Positions 38,800 through 48,421 of a stretch of DNA of 64,000 nt are shown here, one piece after another; positions within the stretch are counted from its first letter, which is position 1, and each line of letters opens with the position of its first letter. The DNA is from Anaerolineales bacterium (GTDB lineage: Bacteria > Chloroflexota > Anaerolineae > Anaerolineales > Villigracilaceae): assembly GCA_030834895.1 (NCBI GenBank), contig JAUQXA010000004.1, forward strand, positions 24,442 through 88,441, read 5' to 3'. A program made the position numbers and the translations under genes. The notes under the pieces were generated by a model. That model was given only the letters and a program-made list of their open reading frames with translations. It searched no databases and was not told the origin of the DNA.

Positions 38800-39633
38800 T
38801 TATGCGTCGTAGTGGCGGTCGCTGGTTTCAGAACTGCGCGCGCCGTAGGAGATGGGATGATAGGTTGGTTCGGGTGGGACAAACGAGGTTTGCTGTGGCG
38901 CGGGTTTGGGCGCGGGGCGGAAGTTCCCCACGCTGGCATTGACGTTATTCACCGGGCGCGGAATCTGCGAAGCGGGACGCAGAATGGGCTGATTCACGGG
39001 CTGGTTGATAGGACGCTGCGACTGATATGAGGGCTGCGGTGCATTGTATCGCTGGGCTTGTTGAGGCTGTTGGTATTGCGTCCTGTATGGCGCATGTTGT
39101 TGAGCCGTGGTAAAGAGACGGTCGCCTGCGAGAGAGAAGGTGCCGATAATGAGCAGGCGCACGAGCCAGACCATGGCGGCAATAAAGATCGGCACAGTCT
39201 TGACGAGAGTGGCGGTGCTCATCACAGCGCTGGATTGCAGGTTGGCGTTATTGGTGATGGCAACCGACACACCCCACCAGGTGAGACACGCATTGAAGCC
39301 CGCCGCAAGCAGCCACGCGCCAAAGAGATAGTAGACCTCGGCAGGTTCGTCGCGTCCCTGCTCGGGGGTGAAGATGCGGGCGATGCCGGCAAAGTCGATG
39401 CCGCAGAAGGCAATGGCAAGGATACTGGACCATTTCAGGCCCGCAAAGGTCAGATCGCCAAGCATGTCATGCAGGGCAAACTGGGTGGTGCTGAAGTTGA
39501 AGATTTCAAACGACACCAGCGCGCCGATAATCATCACCCCCCAGGCAGCGCCACGGTTGAATTGACGGTTGTGAATCAGGTTTCGCCATGCAAGCTTCAT
39601 TCCGTCCACGAGCGGATTACGGTATTGAGCCAT
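38800..39633 (-). CDS. 4-TM membrane protein with Gln/Pro-rich tail, putatively SOS-regulated
   Basis: GGAGG RBS before ATG 39633; four hydrophobic segments. Confidence 0.8.
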   Translation of the reverse strand: MAQYRNPLVDGMKLAWRNLIHNRQFNRGAAWGVMIIGALVSFEIFNFSTTQFALHDMLGDLTFAGLKWSSILAIAFCGIDFAGIARIFTPEQGRDEPAEVYYLFGAWLLAAGFNACLTWWGVSVAITNNANLQSSAVMSTATLVKTVPIFIAAMVWLVRLLIIGTFSLAGDRLFTTAQQHAPYRTQYQQPQQAQRYNAPQPSYQSQRPINQPVNQPILRPASQIPRPVNNVNASVGNFRPAPKPAPQQTSFVPPEPTYHPISYGARSSETSDRHYDA

Positions 39634-39663
39634 TTCGACCTCCAGTCTAATAAGGTAGATCGA

Positions 39664-39691
39664 ATTATAGAACAAATGTTCTATATGTCAA
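39664..39691 (-). promoter_or_regulatory. Consensus sigma70 promoter with a LexA (SOS) box in the spacer
   Basis: Minus strand TTGACA (39686-39691), 16 bp, TATAAT (39664-39669); palindrome AGAAC-AAAT-GTTCT at 39669-39682. Confidence 0.85.
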
Positions 39692-39722
39692 GGGTTTTAT
39701 GTGAATTTTGGGAGATAAAAAA

Positions 39723-40178
39723 TTACAATCCGATTTTCATCAGGGGCAACATACGTGGCTGACCATCCACCTCGGTGTGTTGCTCACCGACTTTCCGGGC
39801 ACCCATTTTTTCGTAAAAACTTTGGGCGTTGGGGTCTGATTCGATTTTCAAGGTAGCCGCGCCGAGAGCACGGCTCCTTTCGAGAGCGTGGTGGAAGAGT
39901 TCCCTGCCAATCCCCTGCCCCATGAATTCAGGCAAGACCCAAAGGTTATCAAGCCAGAGGAATTCGCTGTCACTTTTGAGGGAGTAATAGGCAATACACC
40001 TGCCGTTTTGGACTGCCGCCCAGGTTTCGTTCTCACGGATATATTCTGGAGAGATGGTCAGCAACGGCAGCCAGATTTGAATCCACTTTTCAGAGTAGTT
40101 CCAGTGACGTTTGGCGGCAATCGTGAGCGTGGTCAGTTCCGCCGCCTGTTCAGGTATTGCACGCTGGATGGTTGTCAT
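39723..40178 (-). CDS. GNAT acetyltransferase
   Basis: LWVLPEFMGQGIG, SDPNAQSFYEKMG. Confidence 0.9.
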   Translation of the reverse strand: MTTIQRAIPEQAAELTTLTIAAKRHWNYSEKWIQIWLPLLTISPEYIRENETWAAVQNGRCIAYYSLKSDSEFLWLDNLWVLPEFMGQGIGRELFHHALERSRALGAATLKIESDPNAQSFYEKMGARKVGEQHTEVDGQPRMLPLMKIGL

Positions 40179-40719
40179 TTTTGAACTGGGCAGCTTGCTT
40201 GAAAACATCATCGAAGTGCAACTGGTCGTGGTAGATGCCAATCCGCAGGGTGGCGATGAGGTTGCACCAGCCGAAGAGCGGATCGTACAAGTAGAGATTA
40301 CCCAGCACATCCAAATCCCTGCCTTCGTAAAACCTGCGGACCTTCGCATGAAGCGCCCGAACTTCGGATTTCAGCACTTCTTGCGAAACAGGTTTGTGCG
40401 AGTTGTGGCGCGGAGTCCACAGGAAGCCCACCCACTGTGGGAACTTTGGACTGCGGTACAAGTCCTTGATCTCGACCCGATAAGGGCGATTGCGTCGCAG
40501 ACGTCCGTACCAGCCGAAACGCTTCCACATCCACTTGACGGTGGGGAGAAAGGACTCAAACAGCAGGCAGTTGTGATTGATGATCTCGCCGATGCTCCAT
40601 TCCCTGGGAGCAGGTCGCTGCCAAAGTTGGGCGTCGGTCAAGCCGTACAGCGCGTTGAAGGCGGCTTCACGCTGAGAGTCGAGAAGGTCAAGGTAAGTTT
40701 GTAATATTTGGTTGGACAA
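40150..40719 (-). CDS. DinB-family protein
   Basis: WSIGEIINH ... YHDQLH. Confidence 0.8.
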   Translation of the reverse strand: MSNQILQTYLDLLDSQREAAFNALYGLTDAQLWQRPAPREWSIGEIINHNCLLFESFLPTVKWMWKRFGWYGRLRRNRPYRVEIKDLYRSPKFPQWVGFLWTPRHNSHKPVSQEVLKSEVRALHAKVRRFYEGRDLDVLGNLYLYDPLFGWCNLIATLRIGIYHDQLHFDDVFKQAAQFKNDNHPACNT

Positions 40720-40741
40720 AAGATCATCTACCCAAAAAACT

Positions 40742-41152
40742 TTAGCCGCGAATTTCGCGAATTGGCGCGGATTTTTTGTTAGTTTTTACTACACGACGAT
40801 AATCCAAGGAGCCAGCGCCGAAGTTAATCAGGAGCGCAAGTTGGAGGCCTGTCGCGGTCAAGTAGTGAATTGCCTGAGCTTCATGAGCAGAATTCAAGCG
40901 TGACAATGACTTAATCTCAACAACAATTTTTTCGTCAACAACAAAATCAGCCTTATATTCACCAACCAATTCGTTCTTGTAAATAACAGGCAAATGAACT
41001 TGAGATTTAAAAGGAATGGCACGTAGTTTTAACTCTTTTTCCAGCGCCGCTTGATAAACTGCTTCAAGAAAGCCAGAACCGAGAATGCCGTGCACCTCCA
41101 TCGCTGCCCCAATAACGGCAAACGACAATTCTTTGTAAAGCAGTTCAGTCAT
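40742..41152 (-). CDS. GxxExxY protein (PD-(D/E)XK nuclease fold)
   Basis: VH..LGSGFLEAVY, ADFVV, VEIKS, HEAQ..HYL, LLINFG. Confidence 0.95.
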   Translation of the reverse strand: MTELLYKELSFAVIGAAMEVHGILGSGFLEAVYQAALEKELKLRAIPFKSQVHLPVIYKNELVGEYKADFVVDEKIVVEIKSLSRLNSAHEAQAIHYLTATGLQLALLINFGAGSLDYRRVVKTNKKSAPIREIRG

Positions 41153-41225
41153 GTTCTCCTCATTTTATACGTGCTTATCAAAGAAAGGTACTACAGCTTC
41201 GCGAAAATCCGCGCAATCCGCGGCA
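40745..41225. repeat. Inverted sub-repeated arms flanking the GxxExxY gene
   Basis: Left GCCGCGAATTTCGCGAATTGGCGCGGAT (40745-40772); right TTCGCGAAAATCCGCGCAATCCGCGGC (41198-41224). Confidence 0.75.
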
Positions 41226-41230
41226 AAAAA

Positions 41231-42337
41231 CTATCCCACCACGCGGATTTCACGCGGCATATCGCTCAAACTTTCCGCACCACTTTCGGTGATGACCATA
41301 TTGTCTTCCACGCGGACGCCGTTGTAGTTCGGCAGGTAAATGCCAGGCTCCACTGTGTACGCCATGCCGACTTCCAAAAACTGCATGTTGTCGCCGCGCA
41401 TGTACGGGTCTTCGTGTGCTTCCATGCCGATGCCATGTCCCGTACGGTGGTTGAAGTATTGCCCATAACCCGATTTTTCGATGACTTCGCGCGCGGCAAT
41501 GTCCACGGCGGCACAGGGGACGCCGGGTTTGCCTGCGGCGCGACCTGCGGCATTCGCCTCCTGCACAATCTTGTGAATCTTCTGCAGTTCCGCATCCACC
41601 TCGCCCACTGCAAAAGTGCGCGTCAGGTCGGAGATGTAGCCACCGTGCGCCGCGCCCCAGTCCACGACCAACATGTCGCCAGCCTGCAATTTTCTTTCGG
41701 AAGGAGAGGCATGGGGGTTGGCGGAATTCGGTCCCGAAGAAACAATCGGTGCAAAGGGCAGATCAGGGTCGGACCCATGCTTGAACAATTGAATCACCAA
41801 TTCTCCGGAGAGATCACGCTCGGTCATGCCAATCTTCATCAAAGGGATGGTCGCTTCAAGGGCATCCTGCGCGATCTTCACGGCGCGGCGCATCGCATCC
41901 ACTTCGGCTTTGTCTTTTCGCAATCGCAACTGGGCCAATGCCTCGCTGGCATCGGGGAAGGCCGCTTCGGGAGCTCCCGCTTTCACGTAACGGAATTCGA
42001 GCAGACGCAGTTGACGCGGCTCGACGCCGATGCGCTTTCCGTCCAAGCCCAAAGACTGGGCGGCTCGACGAAAGGCTTCATCCCACTCCGACAGTGTTTC
42101 CCCGTAGGCGAAGGCCTGCACCTTGTACGGCATCAAATCCACTTTGGGAAGTTCAAGTTCGGGCAGCACCAGCACAGGATCTTTGCCCGGTACAACAAAC
42201 AACACCACAGGACGCTCCATCAAATGAAACTGGATTCCGGTGAGATACGTCAGCGTGGGGCCAGGGTTCAGGATAACCGCATCCAGTTTGGAGTTAAGCA
42301 GCGAAGCAGTCAGGTTTTCGAGTCGGGCACGAGTCAT
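41231..42337 (-). CDS. Xaa-Pro aminopeptidase (M24)
   Basis: DWGA..GYISDLTRT, HRTGHGIG..HE, TVEPGIY, GVRVED. Confidence 0.95.
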   Translation of the reverse strand: MTRARLENLTASLLNSKLDAVILNPGPTLTYLTGIQFHLMERPVVLFVVPGKDPVLVLPELELPKVDLMPYKVQAFAYGETLSEWDEAFRRAAQSLGLDGKRIGVEPRQLRLLEFRYVKAGAPEAAFPDASEALAQLRLRKDKAEVDAMRRAVKIAQDALEATIPLMKIGMTERDLSGELVIQLFKHGSDPDLPFAPIVSSGPNSANPHASPSERKLQAGDMLVVDWGAAHGGYISDLTRTFAVGEVDAELQKIHKIVQEANAAGRAAGKPGVPCAAVDIAAREVIEKSGYGQYFNHRTGHGIGMEAHEDPYMRGDNMQFLEVGMAYTVEPGIYLPNYNGVRVEDNMVITESGAESLSDMPREIRVVG

Positions 42338-43156
42338 TTATTTTTCCTCATTCAGTTTATGGTATTTTTTCACGAAATAGAAAAAGATCCAGTCCAGGAC
42401 GACCGGAAAGAGAGTTTCAAAAGTAACAAAGATGCGGAACCACCAGGGGATGACCAGGCTGCGGCGTGGATGCTTGGCAACATCTACCACGCGACTGGCA
42501 ACGTACTTGGAAGTCATGTGAACGCGCACTTTGGAGCTGATCGAGTTATAGGTGGCATTCTTTCCGACATGGGAACCAAATTCAGTGGAGGCGGGTCCCG
42601 GGTAGATCCCGCTGACCTTGATGCCGAGCGGCGTAACCTCGCGGCGCAGGGCGTCGGTGAAGGCGCGCACGCCAAACTTGCTGGCGGAATAACTGACAGC
42701 GAGTGGCACCGCCATCAACCCGGCAACAGACGCCATATTGATGATGTGACCATCGCCCCGCGCAAGCATGTGCGGCAACACTTCGCGCGTGACCTGCATC
42801 AGCCCGATCAAATTGACCTGTATCAACGTTTCGATATCGCGGTCTGACGAATGATTCTCGAACCATTCCACCCGTCCAATGCCCGCATTGTTGAATAGGA
42901 TATCGATCTGACCGTACAGGTCGAGCGTGGTTTGTATCAGATTTTTCACCTCGGCGGCATTAACGATATCCACCGGAATGGCAAGGGCTTCGCCACCCGC
43001 ATCCTGAATTTTGGCGGCGACATTTTGGAGGCGGTCGATGCGCCGCGCGGCAAGGACAATCTTGCATCCTTCCGCGGCAAACATCAAGGCAGCGTCTTCG
43101 CCAAAGCCTGATGAGGCGCCCATGATGAGAACAACTTTATTTTCAAGTTTGGACAT
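42338..43156 (-). CDS. SDR oxidoreductase
   Basis: GASSGFG, NNAG, YSASK. Confidence 0.93.
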   Translation of the reverse strand: MSKLENKVVLIMGASSGFGEDAALMFAAEGCKIVLAARRIDRLQNVAAKIQDAGGEALAIPVDIVNAAEVKNLIQTTLDLYGQIDILFNNAGIGRVEWFENHSSDRDIETLIQVNLIGLMQVTREVLPHMLARGDGHIINMASVAGLMAVPLAVSYSASKFGVRAFTDALRREVTPLGIKVSGIYPGPASTEFGSHVGKNATYNSISSKVRVHMTSKYVASRVVDVAKHPRRSLVIPWWFRIFVTFETLFPVVLDWIFFYFVKKYHKLNEEK

Positions 43157-43279
43157 GTTATTTCCGTGCAAAAGTTTTGTGCGGCCTATCCTTCGACCAC
43201 GCTCAGGACGAATAAAAAGCAGCATGGATATTTTATCATCCACACTGCCTGCAAGGGAAACTGTTGTGAAATTATTTTC

Positions 43280-45754
43280 TTACTCGTCCTGCCCCTCATC
43301 TTTTGGCTGTTTCTTCGGATGCGGCGGCTTGACGGTCACCTTCTCCGAGAGTGCAAGGGCAAGGACATCGTCCATGTGCTTGATGGGGACGATCTTCAAC
43401 TCGGACTTGGCGGTCTTGGGAAGTTCCACCAGATCCTTCATATTCTTTTCGGGCAGGAGGACGGTCTTGAGTCCAGCGCGGTGGGCGGCGAGGACTTTCT
43501 CACGCACGCCGCCAATGGGAAGCACTCGTCCGCGCAGGGTGATTTCGCCCGTCATGCCAACCAGACGGAAGACAGGTCGCCCCGTCAGCGCGGAGATAAT
43601 GGCGGTTGCCATCGTGATACCCGCCGAAGGTCCATCCTTCGGGATTCCGCCTTCGGGCATGTGGACGTGGATATCCATCCGCTCAAAGACTTCGGGGTCG
43701 ATCTTGAGCGCGGCGGCGCGGGACTTGATGTAGGTCAGAGCCGCCTGACCCGACTCCTGCATCACCTCGCCCAGTTGACCCGTCATCTGCATCCCGCCCT
43801 TGCCTTCGAGGACGGCAACTTCCACAGCCATGATCTCACCGCCGTTTTCAGTCCATGCCAGACTGGTGGCGACGCCCACTTCGTCTGTGCGTTCCGCTTC
43901 GGGCGGAAAGACCTGTTGAGGTCCGAGAAGTTTATCGATCATCTCTGGCGCGATGGACATGGGATACTTCTTCGCTTCCGCCTTCATCCGCGCCACCTTG
44001 CGGCAGATTTTTCCAATCTCGCGCTCCAAATTGCGGACGCCCGCTTCGTAGGTGTATTCGCGGATGATGCGCTGCAATGCAGTTGGCTCAAACGCCATAC
44101 CGAGAGAGTCGATTCCGTTCTCTTCGATCTGGCGCGGAATGAGATAGCGGTTGGCGATCTCCATTTTTTCTTCTTCGATGTAGCCTGGGAACTCGATGAC
44201 TTCCATGCGATCCAGCAGCGGAGCGGGGATATTTCCCAGCGAGTTGGCGGTGGTAATGAACATGACCTTCGACAGGTCAAAGGGCAGTTCGAGATAATGG
44301 TCGCTAAAAGCAAAGTTCTGCTCAGGGTCAAGCACTTCCAGCATCGCAGAGGCGGGGTCGCCGCGGAAATCGGAATACAGCTTGTCGATTTCATCCAGCA
44401 TAAAAAGTGGATTCGACGTGCCAGCCCGTTTCATGGTTTGAAGAATCCGCCCAGGCAGGGCGCCGATGTAGGTACGACGATGTCCACGAATTTCGGCCTC
44501 GTCACGCACACCGCCCAGCGACACGCGCACGAACTTGCGACCCAGCGCGTCGGCAATCGAACGTCCAAGCGAGGTCTTGCCCACGCCGGGAGGTCCGACG
44601 AAACACAGAATCGGCTGGCGTTCCTTCTTGGGTTTGAGCGAGCGCACCGCGATATATTCGAGGATTCTCTCCTTCGCCTTCTTCAAACCGTAATGGTCGC
44701 GTTCCAAAATCTTCGCGGCATTCTTCACGTCCAGATTGTCAGGCGTGGAATTGCTCCACGGCAGGTCAACGATCCAGTCGATATAGGTGCGGATGATTCC
44801 CACTTCGGGGGCCATCGGCGGCATCTGGTTCAACCGCTCCAACTCTTTGAATGCAACCTTCTTCGCTTCTTCGGGCAGATTGGCGGCTTCGACTTTCTTC
44901 TTGAGGTCGGAAGATTCGCGGGTAAAAATATCGCCTTCGCCCAGTTCGTTTTGAATCTGTTTCATCTGTTCGCGCAGATAAAACTCGCGCTGGCTTTTAT
45001 CCACTTCGCTTTGCACGCGGGAATGGATTTCGTCTTCGAGTTCGAGCACGTCCACTTCCTGCGCCAGGATGGCGTTCAGTTGGCCGAGCCGCGCCTTTGG
45101 TTCGAGAATCAGCAAGAGGCGCAGTTTGGCTTCGTAGGTCAGTGAAAGCGAAGTGGCGATCATATCCGCAAGCCAGCCAGGTTCCGAAATATTCAAGGCG
45201 AATAAATGCGCCTCTTCGGGAATAGAGCGGTCGAGTTGCACGCAGCGCTCGAACAGACTCAACGCAGAGCGCATCAATGCCTGGGTCTGTCGGTCGGCTG
45301 TTTGCGTTTCGTTGATCACGCGCGCGCGGACTCTGATATATGGCTTCAAGCTCAGGTACTCGACGATCTCCACCCGCTTGCGTCCCTGCACCAGCGCGGA
45401 GTACGAACCGTCGGGCATGTGCAACAACCGCCCCACTGCCATTTCCACGCCAATAGGCAAAAAGTCGTTTGCACCCGGTTCGTTCAACTCGGGGTCTTTT
45501 TGGGTCAGACCGATCACGGTCTGCTCTTTGCGTTGTGCTTCCTGCACCGCCAAAAGCGAAGCCTCGCGACCCACAAAGATTGGCGAGACCATGCGTGGAA
45601 AAATAACCATGTCACGCAGAGGCAGGACGGCGGCTTCGATCAAGCCGTCGGCATTTGGCTCCATGTTCGGGACGCGATACAACTCCTCCGTCCGCTGTGA
45701 AAGGGTCAGGTCAAAATTATCTTCTTCTTCGTTCCAATCGTTTTGATGATTCAT
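43280..45754 (-). CDS. lon: ATP-dependent Lon protease
   Basis: LPLRD, GPPGVGKT, PKDGPSAG. Confidence 0.97.
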   Translation of the reverse strand: MNHQNDWNEEEDNFDLTLSQRTEELYRVPNMEPNADGLIEAAVLPLRDMVIFPRMVSPIFVGREASLLAVQEAQRKEQTVIGLTQKDPELNEPGANDFLPIGVEMAVGRLLHMPDGSYSALVQGRKRVEIVEYLSLKPYIRVRARVINETQTADRQTQALMRSALSLFERCVQLDRSIPEEAHLFALNISEPGWLADMIATSLSLTYEAKLRLLLILEPKARLGQLNAILAQEVDVLELEDEIHSRVQSEVDKSQREFYLREQMKQIQNELGEGDIFTRESSDLKKKVEAANLPEEAKKVAFKELERLNQMPPMAPEVGIIRTYIDWIVDLPWSNSTPDNLDVKNAAKILERDHYGLKKAKERILEYIAVRSLKPKKERQPILCFVGPPGVGKTSLGRSIADALGRKFVRVSLGGVRDEAEIRGHRRTYIGALPGRILQTMKRAGTSNPLFMLDEIDKLYSDFRGDPASAMLEVLDPEQNFAFSDHYLELPFDLSKVMFITTANSLGNIPAPLLDRMEVIEFPGYIEEEKMEIANRYLIPRQIEENGIDSLGMAFEPTALQRIIREYTYEAGVRNLEREIGKICRKVARMKAEAKKYPMSIAPEMIDKLLGPQQVFPPEAERTDEVGVATSLAWTENGGEIMAVEVAVLEGKGGMQMTGQLGEVMQESGQAALTYIKSRAAALKIDPEVFERMDIHVHMPEGGIPKDGPSAGITMATAIISALTGRPVFRLVGMTGEITLRGRVLPIGGVREKVLAAHRAGLKTVLLPEKNMKDLVELPKTAKSELKIVPIKHMDDVLALALSEKVTVKPPHPKKQPKDEGQDE

Positions 45755-47109
45755 CTGTTACTCGTTTTCCATGCAGACATAACTTCCGCTGTCACAAACA
45801 TGCTTCCAGCGGATAGGACAATGCTACCATCTTTTGCGGATAGTTCCAGCGCCCGAGCCAATGCGGACTTAACTGGAGTAACCGATTCCGACTCCGCCCC
45901 AGCCTGATCAGCCAACTGTTGAATTTGCTCCACTTCGAACGCGCGCGGATGGTCGGCACGGGTGATGATGATTTTTTGAATCTTCGGAAGCAAAGCGGCA
46001 AACATGCCGGGAATATTTTTATCCTCCGATGCGCCGAAGATCAGAATAACTTTTTCCCCAGGAAAGTACGTTTCAAGAGTCTCGCTCAACTTCTCGAAGG
46101 AATCCTGGTTGTGCGCCGAGTCGAAGATGACGGGCGGTTCGCGTCGCGCCACTTCAAAGCGGGCGCGCCATTGTACTTGAGAAAAGCCTTTTTGTATCTG
46201 TTCGTCAGTGATGGGAATTCCGCTGGCTTTGAGTGCGGCGTAGGCGGTGGCGGCGTTTTCTACTTGGTGGCTGCCGAGGAGAGGGATTTGTAATTTGACC
46301 ATGGACGATGGACCGTGGACCGTGGTCTGTCGTCCGTCGCCTATCGTCAGGCTTTGCCCATCCAAAGATGACTTGACCAACTCAAACTTTACGTCTCTGC
46401 CAACGAGGGTCAACTCTGAATTCCTTAGTTTGGCTACACGCTCAACAACTGCAAGCGCCTCATCCATTTGCGGGGACGAGACCACAGGCACGCCCTGCTT
46501 GATGATGCCTGCCTTCTCGCCCGCGATCAAAGTCAGTGTGTCGCCGAGCACAGCAGTGTGGTCATAAGACAATGAAGTGATGACCGAAACCTTTGGCGTG
46601 ACGATGTTGGTCGCGTCCAGCCGCCCGCCCAAGCCGACTTCAAAGACCGCCGCATTCACTCCGTATTTTGCAAATGCCATGAACGCCAGCGCAGTGGTGA
46701 TTTCAAACGTGGTCAGCTTTTCGATTTTCGCCACATGCGGTTTGATCTCCTCCACCAGCTCGACCAACTGCCCATGCGAAATCGGCACCCCGTTGACTTG
46801 AATCCGCTCGACGTAATCTTCCAAATGCGGTGACGTGTACAAACCGACAGTGTATCCCGCCCTTCGACTTCGCTCAGGGTGAGCTATTAACGCAGACGCG
46901 CACAACGCCGAAGTTGACCCCTTCCCCTTCGTCCCTGCCACATGGATGATGGGATAGCGGTTCTGCGGATTCCCCAGCGACTCCATCAAGGCAAACATGC
47001 GGTCGAGGTTGAAGTCCGCTTTCGCCAATTCGGAGGCGTGTTTCAGGCTATAATCCACAAAAGAATAGAGATAATCAAGGGCCTGGTTGTATGCAGTTTC
47101 GGTATCCAT
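45751..47109 (-). CDS. folC: Folylpolyglutamate/dihydrofolate synthase
   Basis: HVAGTKGKGST, YTSPHL, EVGLGGRLDATN, DSAHN. Confidence 0.95.
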   Translation of the reverse strand: MDTETAYNQALDYLYSFVDYSLKHASELAKADFNLDRMFALMESLGNPQNRYPIIHVAGTKGKGSTSALCASALIAHPERSRRAGYTVGLYTSPHLEDYVERIQVNGVPISHGQLVELVEEIKPHVAKIEKLTTFEITTALAFMAFAKYGVNAAVFEVGLGGRLDATNIVTPKVSVITSLSYDHTAVLGDTLTLIAGEKAGIIKQGVPVVSSPQMDEALAVVERVAKLRNSELTLVGRDVKFELVKSSLDGQSLTIGDGRQTTVHGPSSMVKLQIPLLGSHQVENAATAYAALKASGIPITDEQIQKGFSQVQWRARFEVARREPPVIFDSAHNQDSFEKLSETLETYFPGEKVILIFGASEDKNIPGMFAALLPKIQKIIITRADHPRAFEVEQIQQLADQAGAESESVTPVKSALARALELSAKDGSIVLSAGSMFVTAEVMSAWKTSNR

Positions 47110-47201
47110 GATTGGGATTGTAAAGCGGAACTTGGGATTCGTAAATTGTCCAAAACTCAAGACAATATTTCTTCAACAAAACTTGAAATCAAAGAAAAAA
47201 C

Positions 47202-47918
47202 ATGAACCATATCACCTCAAAAGAAAACTCGTTTGACACTTTGAACGTAACGAAAGTACTTCTCTTACTTATTACCGCCCTTGTTTTATCCCTATCTATC
47301 AAAGCAGTTTATGACTTAATAAAAGACTTTGACGTTTTTCCTGTATGGTTTGTGCCAGGCTTTGGCTTTGGAGTCTTGGTACTAAACATATTAAGTCTAT
47401 ATTTCACTTTCCAAGTATGGAAAATGGAATATCCACCTCTTCTACTCTCAGATAAACAATCTATTGCTCTGTGGATACTTATACCGTTTTCATATGTTTG
47501 CGTCACATCTGTCCATGCGTTTTACCCGTTTCGCCTTAATGTGTTATCCATAATTCCCAGAGTAAACATGGTCATGAAAGTCAATTATACGGTTGTCGTT
47601 TTTGGTCTCATAACATCCATCTTACTGGCTGGAATTTACATCTCTGGGCGGATAAAACCCAAGATTGTGGCGGGGTTGCTTGTCATGGCATTGCTGACGC
47701 TGATACCAAATGATAATTGTGCAAACCCTTTCAATTACTGGTGGATCGAAACAATAGGTGCCTCCCCATTAATGTACACGCCAAACGTATTTGCAGTTAT
47801 ATTTGCGACCTGCGGCTTCTACGGTGTTCGCCCCAGAAGTGCCACTGCTTTGATAATATGCATTTGCGTCGGCAGTTTCATGCTTGGCATGGGTCATCGA
47901 CTTAGAATAATTTGGTAG
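47202..47918 (+). CDS. Multi-pass membrane protein (low GC)
   Basis: About 7 hydrophobic segments. Confidence 0.7.
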   Translation: MNHITSKENSFDTLNVTKVLLLLITALVLSLSIKAVYDLIKDFDVFPVWFVPGFGFGVLVLNILSLYFTFQVWKMEYPPLLLSDKQSIALWILIPFSYVCVTSVHAFYPFRLNVLSIIPRVNMVMKVNYTVVVFGLITSILLAGIYISGRIKPKIVAGLLVMALLTLIPNDNCANPFNYWWIETIGASPLMYTPNVFAVIFATCGFYGVRPRSATALIICICVGSFMLGMGHRLRIIW

Positions 47919-47989
47919 AAACTATTAGGATAATGAAACAACATCCGCCGTCCTTACCTCCCGTCAGTGCAGATTTCAAAGGATAATTT

Positions 47990-48418
47990 ATGACAGAAAA
48001 TTGCGTCATCTGCCGTAAACACGCTGGACTGGAACTCGTCCCGCCTGGCGGCTACATTTACGAAGACGAGCATTGGATGGTTTGCCATGCGGACGTGAAG
48101 TGGGGTCCGCTGGGGACGTTGTTCATCGAGTCGAGACGGCATTTTCTCGACTACTCCGAAATGACGCCCGAAGAGGCTGCATCCCTCGGCGGTCTGCTGA
48201 AACGGGTCTACCAAGTTCTCCGAGAACATACGGAAGCAGAGCGCATCTATCAACTCTCCACGATGGAGGGACAACCTCACCTCCACATGTGGATCGTGCC
48301 GCGCCGCAGGGATGTCACCGAGAAGGGGCTGAAATTTTTGTCACGTGACGACACCTGCGAGGAAGCGGATGCCATTGCTTTGGTGGGTAAATTACGCAAG
48401 TCAATAAAAGGGAGATAA
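47990..48418 (+). CDS. HIT family hydrolase
   Basis: CVIC, PHLHMWIVPR. Confidence 0.88.
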   Translation: MTENCVICRKHAGLELVPPGGYIYEDEHWMVCHADVKWGPLGTLFIESRRHFLDYSEMTPEEAASLGGLLKRVYQVLREHTEAERIYQLSTMEGQPHLHMWIVPRRRDVTEKGLKFLSRDDTCEEADAIALVGKLRKSIKGR

Positions 48419-48421
48419 AAC

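Noticed and set aside
41051-45145. Long + strand ORFs (598 aa and 659 aa)
   Set aside because: Antisense shadows of the M24 peptidase, SDR and lon genes; no recognisable motifs
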